The notes under the pieces: model-generated
The model's database searches: none
What the model was told of the DNA's origin: nothing
What the model saw: the letters and a program-made list of their open reading frames with translations, nothing else
Part shown: piece by piece, positions 37,036 to 49,150 of the stretch
How positions within the stretch are numbered: position 1 is the stretch's first letter
How the letters are laid out: every line of letters begins with the position of its first letter
Made by a program: the position numbers and the translations under genes
Assembly (NCBI GenBank): GCA_013265495.1
Contig: MU057887.1
Span: 2,575,576 to 2,639,575, forward strand
Reading direction: 5' to 3'
DNA from: Vicugna vicugna
Taxonomy: Eukaryota
Length of the DNA stretch: 64,000 bases

Positions 37036-39549
37036 TGATAAAGTCTTCTGCTTGTTCACTTCAGGGAAGTTTTCCCTTGTTTCCTCCCTCGTATCCCCTT
37101 GAAACGCAGCCCCGTCCCATTTGCCGCTCTCTCTGTTACGGGGAACAGTCACTCACTTGCCCTCCACTTGTTTCATCGACTGCTTAGTTGTCCCCTCTGC
37201 GCTTCCCTCCCACGTTGTTGTGATCAGCTTCAGTTTTCCTAACATCGGTAACTCCAGCGGAGCCAAGGCCAAGCCGCTCCTTGTCACTGCTGGCTCAGCG
37301 CCGGCGCTCTGCCGGTGTGGCTCGCCCCTGTGCTCCTCCTCCGTTCTGCCCGCCCCTTCCTCCTCTCACACGTACTTCGCCGCGTGGCCTTGCAGCTCTT
37401 AGTTACGCTGTTTTAATTATCAGTGAATGTCTCTCTTACTAAGGCCTTCTCTAGGGCAGAAGTCCCCTGGAGAGTTGTCTTCGGTGCACGCGGCTAGCTG
37501 AGCTGCAGGCTGGGCTCTTCCACAGCCGGTTTCACACTGTTCCCTGCATTTCCCCATTTCCCGGGACTTCTCCTTCTTCCTCTGGCTCAGGTGGGGGCTG
37601 GGTTCTTCTCTCCCCCCACATTAAATGACACTGTCTGTCTTCCTATGAATTCCATCCGTAGCCTGGTGCTTCTGGGGGCGAGTGGGGCTGGGGCTCCTAG
37701 GCTAGTGCATGTGAAGCCAAGCTGCCTCCTTTGGAAGGACTGGCTCATCCCGGCCCTCCGGGCTGGTCCACGACCCTTCGTGGCTCTGTCACAGCAAGGG
37801 CTCTGCATCACTTCCTGCATCGGGGGCGTCCTCAGGTCTGGGCCACTTCTACATCCTGAGCACAGAGGCTCTGATGTTCCCTGCCTCCGTCGTCCCTCCG
37901 TCATCTCCCCCCACCCCTACCCCGTCACCTTCTTAACCAAACATGAAAATAGTTACTTCAACAATGCACTTTACCAAAAAATCCTTCCCCACCACCACGG
38001 ACAGCATAGAAACTCTCTGCATCCCACCCCTCTCTGTCCTCGCGATGCAGACTCTTCCCCATAGGTCTGCATGCCACCTGGCAGCTTATATTTTGATGTG
38101 GTTCTTTATGGGCTCCCCCATGCAGGCTGCACACCGGAGCCAGGAAGGTGGACCGCTCCATCCCTGCTCCCGGAGGGGCAGACACCTGACAAACACAGTG
38201 TGGGACATCTGGGGGTCTTCTCTCAAGAGCTGCTCCTGGTGCGGGGCACAGGGGACCCTGGGAAAGGGGATGCTGGGGCAGACTTGGGAGCATAAGGGAT
38301 TGATCCTGTGGAGCTGACGCTGGTGAGTGATGGATGGCAGATTGAGCGGGAAAGCCTTTGGGCTGTGATGCAGATGCCACAGTCTTGGTGCACCCATGGG
38401 GGCTGCAGAGCAAAGAAATCTCAGACACCTTAGGGGTGCCCAGCAGGGGGCAGAGGCTAGGCTCTGGGCCCCACTGAGCCCAGCATTCGTTCAGCATGGG
38501 CTGCCCATAGCCTCAGCTCCAGGCTAAGCAGGATTCTGAAGGTGCTGTAGCAGGAGGCCAGGCAGTCAGCCGACCACACTCCCCGAGGCTGCACACAAGT
38601 TCTTCCCATAGGGAGGCAGGAGGTGCTGGGCCACGACTGCCAAATGGCTGCCCGCCTGCTGAGAATGCCCATGTGGGCATCTCCCCGGCTGGCCTCCCGG
38701 CAGAGCTGTGCATGGAATCACTGCAAGGCGGTGGGAGCCTCACCACTCCCAGGTCAGCTCGGGAGCACCAGCCCGGGCTGCGAACTGCCCACATGCTCCA
38801 GCTGACCCAGAAACCTGCTCTTTAAGACTGGTAGGCATCGAGAGTGAGAGATTGCACACAGAAATTGGTGTCTGGCCTCTGGTGACCCTGGGGACTGGAC
38901 AGGCAGGTGCATCCCATTCTCTGAGGTCCCCACTGGGTCCTGTCACCAATTTAGGGTCCCCACGAGCAATCTGAAAGGCGTGGAGTTTCCACCCCTGGGC
39001 TAAGTCATTTAACCAGCCATTTCGAGCTGGAACCTCCACTTTAACCTTTGGGAGGCCCTTTCTAGGCAGCAAAGCGAGGATCTCGCAGGCTCAGGGCCCA
39101 CGGGCCATCCACACCAGCAAGCCCAGGTTCCTGCTCCGCGTGTGCCCTCACCTTACCCCTGGATCCCCGGGAAGGGGCTGGGAGCTGCCTTCCTGGAGGG
39201 AGCCCGCAGGTGCCAGGAGACAAGGCTGGCCCCATCATCCCTCGCCCCCACACTCACCAAGGTTAAGTTTGTCCTAGATAAGATGGTGTAGTGAACTGAT
39301 TTCTTTATCATCCCCGAGGCAGCTAATAAATTCTGCAGAAGGAGCAACAGCCTTGAAATTGGAGAGGAGCTGAGAGGAGCAGACAGGGGAGAGAGGACTT
39401 GCAGGCACAGGAGATCTCCTTGGAACATGGAAACACTGCCATATGCAAATCAGCTCCTCCCGCTTTAAATAAAACATTAGCATACTGTGCCAAGATCCCA
39501 GAACTCGAAGACCAGCGGGGAAAATCCAGGCCAGGAAACCCTTCCCCCA

Positions 39550-40560
39550 CCAGCCAGACAGAACATACAGCCCGGGACAGACCGAGCGGCCAAGCGGCCG
39601 CAGCCTCCAGCCCATGCCCTGTCCGCAGGCACACGAGCCCTTTCCTCCCAACCCCCCAGAGGGACCGTCCCGAACTGGCCAATGACCCGAGCGCTGTTTC
39701 AGGGCGGGGCGCTAGCTCGGAGGCCTGGGGCGGGAGAACCAGGCCCATTAACGCGTCTCCAGGCCTTTCCCTCCCGCGGCCGCGCGGGGAAGCCGCAGGT
39801 GGATGCGACGGGCAGGCGGCTCCAGGCAGGCGGGCGGGGCCTCCCGGGGCGGGGCCTCCCGGGGCGGGGCGGGGCCTCCCGGGGCGGGGCCTCCCCGGGG
39901 CGGGGCGGGAGGGGCCCTGGGCCCGGGGCCTCCCCATCACCCGGCGTCTCAGAGCCGCGCCTGGTCCCCCGCTTCAGGAAACGGACCGGAAGCGGAGTCA
40001 GCCTGCCTGCTCCCCCCGCAGCAGTGTCCTGCCGACCCCAGACGATTATCCACAAAGGAAAGAAGCACAGAGAAGCGGGCGGACCAGCGAGTGCCCTGTG
40101 TGGTGAGCGGCAGAGGCGCGCTCTGAAGGCTTTGTCCTGGGGCCCTGCAGGCCCGGAGTCTCCAGAAGTTCAGTGCGTGTGGGCGGGCGCAGGGCCAGGG
40201 GGCCTGCAGGACAAGTGACCTCCGCCTGCGTCCGCACCCAGGTGCCCTCCGCGCGCCGTCCAGGCCCCGCCCTGCGAGGCTCCGCCCCTGGATGCTGGTC
40301 CTGCGGCTTCCACCCGGACCCTCCCGCTGGCGGCCTCTGTGGCGGCTCTCCCCCCACCCCCCAGCTGCGTGTGCGTGCCGGGGGCGGGCAGGGGACCCTG
40401 GGGGGCCTCGGGGACGCTGGCTCCCGCCCCGGCTCCTGCTCTAAGCTGAGAGATCTCGAGCGCGCCCTCGCCTGCCCTGGACCCGGGTCCAGGCTCTGAA
40501 ACGCAGAGGTGACCCCTGAGACTCCCCCCCCCGTGGAGTGTGGCCCACGGTCTCCGTGAG
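39550..40560. promoter_or_regulatory. CpG-island promoter candidate with tandem Sp/KLF GC boxes and an ETS site
   Basis: About 7 GGGCGG boxes in 39829-39916, ACCGGAAGCG at 39985-39994, and a plus-strand donor TG|GTGAGC at 40102/40103. Confidence 0.7.
39829..39916 (+). repeat. Minisatellite of ~15-bp unit GGGGCGGGGCCTCCC (G-quadruplex-capable)
   Basis: Four units ending in cctccc(c), some with an extra ggggc, plus a partial fifth. Confidence 0.9.
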
Positions 40561-40584
40561 CCCCGGATTCAGTCTGCACCTGCC

Positions 40585-40856
40585 TTTAATTTTTAGTTGC
40601 AGTGTATTTGATTTATAATGTCGTGTTAGTTTCTGGTGGACGGCATGCTGGTTCAGTTATCCATGTATATATGTATTCTTTTTCATTAAAGGTTCTTACA
40701 AGATACTGAGTATAGTTCCGTGTGCTCTACAGTAGGTCCTTGTTGTTTATCTAATTTATATACAGAAGTCTGTATCTGCAAACCCTAACCTCCTGATTTA
40801 CCCTCCCCACCCTCTTTCCCCTGTGGTGACCGTAAGTTCGTTTTCTACGCCTGTGA
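40585..40856 (-). mobile_element. Short LINE-1 3' end
   Basis: gatttataatgtcgtgttagtttctgg...tgtgctctacagtaggtccttgttgtttatcta; homologous to 35900-36170. Confidence 0.9.
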
Positions 40857-42473
40857 TGTGTCTCAGCCCCCAGCACCCCCACGGCTCCTGTATCAGATCT
40901 TGGACACAGAAGGCGCCCGGTATTTTTAATGAGTTTATTAGACAAACGTGACTGGGCAGTTTGTAGGCTCAGTGTGAGGAGGCTCCTGCCAAGCTCCCTG
41001 CTTCATCCGTAGTGTGTGGCTCGCGGAGCGGGCTCTCCTGTGGCGTGGAGGCCAGTGACTACGGATGGATGGCGAATGAACCGCGAGCAAACGGAGGAAT
41101 GAATGAACGAATGATGAGGCTGGTTTTCTCTGCAGACAAAACAAGAGAAAATTAGTTCCTTCGGCAGCCAGGGTGTGGCTCTGGGCTGTCCGGGGTGGAG
41201 GGGACAAAGGGCACCAGACAGGCAGGACTCTCTGGGCCAGTGCAGGGCAGCAGGCTGGGGGTAGGGAGAAGGGGCAGCTTGGCCCCGGGCTGCCGGGGCC
41301 CTGGCGCTGTGCCCTCCAGCCCTGCCCCTCCGGGAGCCACCGGGATCCACAGCAGGCTGCCTGATAACGGCCGGTGAATCCAGCAAAGCCACTGGACTTG
41401 CAGCTGCCGACAGAATCTGGAGGAGACCTCGCTTCTGGGATCCGTCAAAGCAGAAGCTCGGACGGCAGCAGATGGAAGGGTGGGATATTTGTGGATCACA
41501 GCCACCGTCTGGTCACAACTGATGGCCCATCTGAAGGCGGGTTACTGCTGTTGTTCCAGCATCATTAACAGCGAGTTGTTTGTCTCCGGGCGCCATCTCT
41601 GAGTTTGACGCGAGACCTGGGAAGGCCCCGGGACGCTGGTCTCCAGGCCCCATCACTCACCAGCGTCCTTCAGTCTCGTGGCGTTGCCCTCGAGGTCTCT
41701 GGCTGCCTGCTCTCGGTTTAGGTGGCTGGTTAGTCACGCGCTGCTCCCCTGTGCTGCCCCCACAGCCTCGGCCCTGCCCCCGGACTCGTCTCTCCCCACT
41801 GGCTCTCGCTTGTCACATTCACCCCGGAAACTTCCAGAAGACTCCGATTTTCACGCCACACTTAACGGTGTTTCTGCCAAATTAATCCGTGTCTTTTTTA
41901 CTTTAAATTTTATTGGGTGGGGAAAATTGTCTCTCATTTACAGATACCGGGCTTTTTGGCTCAGACTTCCGTCGGGCAGCAACAAGAGCTACGTGCTGAT
42001 GTCAGGCTGGCCCTCTTCACTGGGGGCTTCCGGAAACAGATGAGCCCGAGTCAGAGGTGGGGAGGCATTGATGAGATTCTCCAGACCGTCTGTGAACAGG
42101 CAAAGACACTGGGCTCGCATGAGAAGAGAAAGGAAGTGTGGTATTTTTAGAAAATTATTTGAGTGTAAAACAAATTTATCCCTAATTCTAGAGGAAAACA
42201 TGATTTTAGATGGTGGGGATTATGCATAAAAGTCTCTCTCTAGGATACGTAATTTTAGTACTGGAGGTGGTGTAGCTGCATCACAGGGTGGTTCCTACAA
42301 CGCGGCAGGAGTCCACATCTGAGCAGGGCACACGGGCTGAGCAGGACCGCGCGGTCGTCTTCAGGGACGACACCAAACACCGGCTCTGATGGGTGAAGTG
42401 GTCAAAGGAAGTAGTCAGTCCAGGCTGCACCGGGGCGGGGCATCCCAGGTACATTCTGTTGTCATGTTATGGC

Positions 42474-43110
42474 TTTTTCATTGTGGTAAAATATACATAA
42501 TATAAAATTCACCATTTCAGCTGTTTTTAAATGCACAGCTCAGCAGAATTAAGTGCATTGATTGTGTTGTGCAACCAGCCCCACCATTCATCTCTGGAAC
42601 TTTCCCATTTTCCCAAACTGAAGGTCTGTCACCATTAAATACTCACTCCCCGCCCCTTCCCAGCCCCTGACCCCCACCGTCTAATGTCTCTGTGATTTTG
42701 ACTCCTCTGGGGATCTCATATAACTGGAATCACACAGCATTTGTCCTTTTGTGCCTGGCTTACGTCACTGAGCATGATGTCCTCAAGGTTCATGCACGAT
42801 GTAGCAGGTGTCAGAATTCCCTTCCCTTTTAAAACTGAATCACAGTCCCCAGTATGTACGGACCGCATTTTGCTTATCCGTTCATCCGTCAGGGGACACT
42901 AGGTCATTTCCATCTTCTGGCTGTTGTGAAAAATAAACCTGGTGGACGAAGGTCATCAGTCCACGACTCCGCTGGCTGTTCTTTAGGGCGATCCCTGAAG
43001 TGAGATTGCTGATCATTTTTTTTTTTTTTCGGGAAACACCATGCTGCTGCGTGGCTGTGTCACTCTGTGACTCTGCCAGCTGCGCCCCAGGGCTTCTGTT
43101 TCCCCAGGAC
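42474..43110 (-). mobile_element. L1MB-type LINE-1 3' end
   Basis: ttgtggtaaaatatacataatataaaattcacc...gtgttgtgcaacc...agcatgatgtcctcaaggttcat...gtgtcagaattcccttcc. Confidence 0.88.
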
Positions 43111-44599
43111 TCATTGCTCCATGACTCAGTTGACAAAGAGCCAGTAGCAGGGCCGAGTCCGGTGTGGACACAGCAGGGGCTGTGGTGCCCGACCGAGGTC
43201 ACTGCAGAGCCACCAGAGTGCCCAGTTACTGGGTGGGGGGGAGAGAGCTGAGAGCCGGCCCACAGGTCACCCGGGGGCCGTGCCTGCTGCAGACACAGCA
43301 CCGGCCCTCGGGGGGAGTCCCGCAGCCCTCAGACCCACACCCTGGGGCCCAGCCCTGAGCCCTCGTTCTACCGAAGGGGGTGCCCCCTTCCCTAGAGCCC
43401 ACTCCCTCCACAGGCCACCTGGGTGTGTCCCTGCCGGCCTCGTCCCCCTCCTCACCGCCACTTCCTCACTCCACCCCTCTTCTCCCTTCGCTGGGTCCCT
43501 GCCCTGCCTGGAGTCTGGCTGGGGCAGGGAGCTACCCAGCACGCGTGCGCACTGGTCCCCCAGCTCAGCCAGCAGCGTGGGCACAGCGCACGCAAGCCCC
43601 GCTGGCTGTCCGGCTGTCCGTGCCTCACCCCGTGGAGCCACCAGCAGGAGGCTTGGCGTGGGAAGCATCCGCCTGTGCATCCAAACTGCCTGCCTAGTTG
43701 GAGCGGACGCGAAGCCCGCCAGGCTGATGGAAATATGTTCTCTTTTCCGGTACCTCCATCCCCTGTGCCTGCGGCCGGCAGTGCCCAGCGCTCAGTGGGT
43801 TGTAGTTCATCGACTAATTGGCAGGAACAGACGGGCCGGGAATGGGGCTGCTGGAACCAGAGTCTGGTCCAGCCTCGGTGAATACCACCTTCTGCTCCCT
43901 TTGCCAAGCTCCGTGGAGCCGGGTGTTCTGGCAGATTCCACATTGTCAGTGATCCCAGTCCACGTGTCTGAGACGGCTTTCCCAGAATGCACCCTGGGGC
44001 ACGTGGTGGGACTGCTGCCCTTGAAAGAGGAGGCGGAGCAGGTGGCTCCGGGCATCAGGGAGGCAGACTGCTTGGGGAAGCGGGGAGGTGGTCGTGGGAG
44101 AGCCCTGCCAGCCCTGGCGTGCCCCTCCTGCACCTTGGACATCAGGGGAGGCCAGCAATCAACCACTCGGTGGGTGACCAGGGCAGGCATGGCCCTGCTG
44201 AATTGGGTTTTGGGAAGGGTGGGCGTCCAGGGTTGCAGGCTGGCTTGCCCTTGGCTGGGAGCCTGGATCCAACTTGAATCGGATCACTGATGCTCCAAAG
44301 TGGGTTTCTGTGAGCAGTCGATCAGGCAGGGCAGGGAGGACTCCAGCCCTGCCAGCGGCAGGAGACAAAATCCCTCCATCTCTGGAGAGAGGGCTTGGAT
44401 GGCTGGGCAGCCAGCCCCTCGCCCGGGACCTTGCTGTGCTGCGGCTCCAGGGCTGACATGGGCGTCCCCGGCTCAGGGCCGCTCAGAGAGGCTTCGGAAG
44501 GCACCGGGGGCCTCTCCGCTCCACGCCGGGCCTCGTGGCCAGTGGCTGGTGAGAACTGGAAAGGGGCCTGAGAGTGGGAGGGTGGTGAGCCTGCAGGAA

Positions 44600-44905
44600 A
44601 GACAGCAGATAAGATTCACATTTAAATCGGGTTTTCATAAAGCAGATGCCCTCCTGATGTGGGTGGGCCTCGTCCGGTCCATTGAAGGTCTGAATAGGAC
44701 AAAGACTGATGCCCCCAAGCGGGACGGAATGCAGCCAGCAGGCTGGCTGGGACCCCACCGGTAGCATCAGCCCCTCCCCAGGCCCTCCTCCTGCCGGCCC
44801 GGCCTCCCTGAAGGCTCTCGGCTCGCCAGCCTCTGTGATGGCACGAGCCGACTCCTTACAATAAATACTTCTGTGCGTGTCTGTGTGCGTGTGTGTGTGT
44901 GCGTG
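44600..44905 (+). mobile_element. ERVL MLT2-type LTR fragment ending in (TG)n
   Basis: agattcacatttaaatcgg...aaagcagatgccctcc...atgtgggtgggcctc...ttgaaggtctgaatagg...ccttacaataaat. Confidence 0.8.
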
Positions 44906-47589
44906 GGGGGGCGGTTTCAGAGTCTGACCCCCACTGCCCAGGGGCGCGAGCCCCAGCAGGCCAGCTGGGCTTCGGCTGAGGTTCAGACGAGGGGAGGCCC
45001 CACGGAGGCTGCAGCTCGGTGGTGGCAGGTGCAGGACCGTCGTCAAGCAGACCCCGTTGGTCCCCGGCACCAGGACAGGGGCAGGCGGGCAAGGGCTGAC
45101 CCGGATTGGGTTCGGGGGTGGGGACGGGGACATGCGCGCACCTTGGCCAGAGCGCTCTCCGCCGCTCCTCCGCTGGCAGGACGCGCTGGGCCCCGAGGAG
45201 CTACTTAACCTCTCAGCATTTTCATTTCTTCCTCCATCAAGTGAGGCTACTTTGCAGCGAGATTGTCCTGAGGCTTGAAAGTGGTGGCGGAGCCGTGCTT
45301 AGGAAACTGTGAACTGCCCCCTCCGAATGTCAGACAATATTATTTCTGAATCAGTTTCAAGAGATCACTTCAAGAGGAAGTATTGGAAAATTAATTTTTT
45401 TTCTCCCTTTGGCTTAACCAAATACCTCGATGTCACAGAGCTGCTGTTGTTTGCTTCGAGGACTGCCACAGGGTCCTCCGTGCCCGGAGGCCCACCAGGC
45501 CCAGCAGGTGGACTTTGTAGAGGACGGTGGGTGAGTGACAGTGAGCGGATGGCAGAGGGCGGAAGGCGCAGGGTGCCTTGGCCCCTCTGAGTCCCACCCC
45601 CTGCCCCCCACTCTGTGCTCCGCTGAGTCCGGCACTTACTGCCCTGATCCCCACGCTCCTGGATGCAGCTGCCTGCCCGGGGCCCCGCCAGCCTCTCCAA
45701 GACATGGGGGAGCTCTGTGGCACCATAGGACATTCCAGGCTGAAAGGGGCCTGCAGGTCAGCTAAGCCAGCCCCGTCTAGGCATGAATCCTGCTCCCCGG
45801 CTTCCATGCCCACCTCCACCCAGGAGCCCAGGCCTCTCTGCCTCTCTGGGTCCAGCCGAGCTGGGGGCAGCCAGTGAGTATTGGACTGAGGTGACCTGAG
45901 CAGCACACCCCAGCTTTCATGAGCCCTTGGCTGCTCCCCTGGACAGAGCGCCCTCTGCAGACCACACCCACACGCACACCTGTATCTGCTGACACGGAAA
46001 AGACAGTTCAAGGCCTCCTTGCCTTCTTCTGGGCACCAGGCAGCCCCGGGCCCTGGCCCCAGTCCTCCTCCAGACCACAGGGAGCCCCTGTGTCCTCTCC
46101 CGGGGGTGCGGTCTCACTGCCCAGAGTGTGGCCTTCCCAGCCCTGTGCAGACCTCCAGCCAGTCTCCAGCCCCATCCCTGCTCCTCACGGCGTCCACCCT
46201 TCCTGCTGGAGGCCGGGATCAGCTGCCAGCCCTCCCCTCGGGCTCTAGCCCGGAGCCAGGGGTGGGTGGGGACCCCGAGGTGCACTTGGGATGTCCTTCA
46301 CAATCACGCCTCCTGGGAAGGGTCTCTGGCCCCCACAGTCACACGGAGTCTTCAGGCTGGTGGCTGCCCCCTGTGGGCTGCACACAGGGCCCTGCAGGAG
46401 GCCAGCTCCTCCGCACCAGGCTGGGGACCCTTTTCCACCTGGCCCCCATTGGGTCCCATTTCCTTAGGGTCCCCTGAGGTCATGGGCCAGGTGTTTCCCA
46501 CTTAGCTGTTGTCACCCCATCAGCTGGACACACTGGCCCCAGACCTCGGAGAAGCCCCTCCCCTGGGGTTCACCTGTGCTCTCCTGTCAGGAGAGGGACA
46601 CCTTGTCCAGGCCAGGACCCCACTCAGGCTGAGGAGGAGGGTGGAGGGGGCCTGGGTGCCTCCACGCCCTCCTGCCTCTTTGGCCTGCCTGGCCGCAGCC
46701 GTGCGAGCGTCCTGGAGGTCCGAGCATTGGCCACTATGCCGCCCCCAGGCCTGGGTAGACCAGTGGTCAGCTTGGTAGCTGCATGCGGTGCGGCCTTGCC
46801 GGCATCCCTCTGGGCCACAGGGGCCATGACAGCACCAGAGCTTCCCTGGAGCAGAGCCAGCCACTGGCCTGCCGGGGACCATGACCATCACCGGAGCCTG
46901 TGACCTGGGCCCCACACCAGTTCCCCACACCAGTGGCCTGGCAGGGAGGCCCAGGGAGAGCCCGGCCCTGGACCCAGGACAGCAGATACACGTGTCCCGC
47001 CCAGCACCCCTGGGGCTGCCCAACCTGGGGTGCTTTCTGGAAGCTGGCAGAGTGGTGGGAGCTGGCAGGGGTGGGATACACCCCCGTGTCCTCCCTTCCC
47101 TGCCTGCAGATGGAGGAGCACGCCCTTGCAGGAGAGATGAGTGGACTCTGCCCTGGGGCCGGTGGGGTCTTGGACTGTGCAGAGCGGGGGCCTCTCCAGC
47201 TGTGCCCACCCCGGGGTCTGGGCAAGGCGGGAGGGAGCAGAACCCCGGGTGCCCCGGGTGCAGAAAGCAGAGGGCTGGGCCCTGGCCTCGGCGTCTCGTC
47301 ACTGTGTTTATTGGCCTCTGGAAGCTCCAAGATGGGCGGACTCCTGGGCCCAGCTCACTCCTCTCCCAGTGACAAGGCCAGTATCGATTCGTTTTTAATG
47401 TGCTCGTAATGGGGCTTGAAATGAACACAGGGTTGTTATTTATTTTCCTTTTTGGTTCCCGGCACCATCCATGGTGCTGGCAGCTGGGGACCAAGGACAG
47501 GGAAGCCAAGGTGGATGGGCTCCATCCACCACGGAGGCCGGGGGCCCCACCTGCCTCCACTCACCCAGGGGCCAGGGCCGGAACCCGGA

Positions 47590-47823
47590 CCCGGCGGGGC
47601 GGCTTGGCCCCTGCAGCCCTGCGTTGGGAGGAGCCTGGGAAGGCGGCGTCTAGCGGGGACAGAGTTTCCACTGGGGCGACAAGAGTCCTGAAGGTGGGCG
47701 GTGCGACGGCCACACAGCAGTGCGAACGTGCTTAATGCCACTGAGCTGCGCACTTGAAAATGAGCCAGACGGCCAGCTTTATGTTTGTATATTTTACCAC
47801 GATGAGAAAAGTGTTTAAAAAAA
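47590..47823 (+). mobile_element. L1MB-type 3' terminus, GC-shifted
   Basis: acagagtttccactgggg...gtgcttaatgccactgagctgcgcacttgaaaatg...tatattttaccacgat. Confidence 0.8.
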
Positions 47824-48044
47824 GCACCGCTGTTGACTTCCTGGTGCCCTGGCTGCCCCCACCCTGGGAGCCCTCCCCAGACCCCTGAGCAAGTCCTGGC
47901 CTCGACACTGGCCTGTCCAGCAGGGGAGCACCCTGGCCCCCCGTCTTCATCAGGGAGCTTCCACCATCCTCCCGAGGTCAGCTCCAATGTCCTCGCCTCC
48001 ATCCGGCCCTCCTCACTCGCAGGAAGATCTAGGGAGACCACCCA

Positions 48045-48081
48045 GACCACGAGTGACCATGAGTGACCACGAGTGACCATG
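48045..48081 (+). repeat. 10-bp tandem repeat (GACCAYGAGT) x3.7
   Basis: gaccacgagtgaccatgagtgaccacgagtgaccatg. Confidence 0.9.
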
Positions 48082-49039
48082 GGCCCATGACAGTAGCCCT
48101 AGGGGGTACCATGTCCCTGCCTGAGTCTTGAGAGGGGGGTGGCTTAGCAGAGCCTGGGACTGTCCCCGGTCCCCCAGAACACCGAATTCCTGCTCCCCAA
48201 ACCTGGAGCCCAGGCAGGTCTGGGGAGGGTGTCTGGAGGGGTGGTCAGCCTCCGGCGAGGCTGTGAGGCCACTGCAGGTGGTGGGACGACAGCAAATGAA
48301 TCAGGCCGTCGGAGAACTGCCGAGCCCCCAGCAGGCCCCGTGGCTCCCAGGCACCCAGAGCCCGTGAACGTGCCGCACCCCAATGAGACCTAAAGCCCGA
48401 GCCTGCGTCACCGGCAGTGGCCCCCTCGCTCCTCCCCCGGGGGTTCAGCCTGCAGACACGCTGACGCCAGCACGCTCCCTGGTAAACAAACATTGCTCCT
48501 CACAGTGACTTCTCACAGCTGGGCCACTTCGGGCCACGCAGCGGGGACAGGCTGTGCGTCTTGGAAAACCGTGAAGCCGTGGTCAGCTCCTTTCCTGGAC
48601 CCCCGCACGGCCAGCTATACGGAAACGCAGGAAGTGATTTTCATAAATTCTTTATGCTATTTACTCAGAGCCCGTGTTCATTAAACTGGCCGGCTTCCAA
48701 AGCCTCCTTGCAGATTCCTTTCTCAAAAAAGCAAGCTTCATGGCCCCAGCCCACCGTGAATTAAAAATGGGTCTTTGATACACTCAGCAGCTTCTGCTCC
48801 ATCCGTCAGCCTTCCTTACATGAGGCGTGGAGACAGGCAGGTCCGTCAGCGGCCCGACGCGCACCCAGTCTCTTCTGCAGCCGCAGGCGCTGAGCGAGCT
48901 CTCCAAGGGGATCCCCTGTGTCGTCGTTAAGATATCATGGACTGTCTTTGGGATTCTTGCAAACTGGGGTGAGAGGCCTTGGGAGAACTGCTTTTCTGCG
49001 AAAACAGCTTTCAAGTTCCCCAAGTCAGTCCATCCCCCT

Positions 49040-49150
49040 GACCTCACATTGGGTCTCACGGCACCTTTGAAGATCTGCTGATGAATATACCGTCTTCCTC
49101 GGTCCCGAAACTGCGGCGCCGAGTGCAGGGGGTTGCCAGGTCCCAGGGCA
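49040..49150. mobile_element. Possible MER103-like DNA transposon relic
   Basis: gggtctcacggcacctttgaagatctgctgatgaa...cagggggttg loosely resembles the recalled MER103 consensus. Confidence 0.3.
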
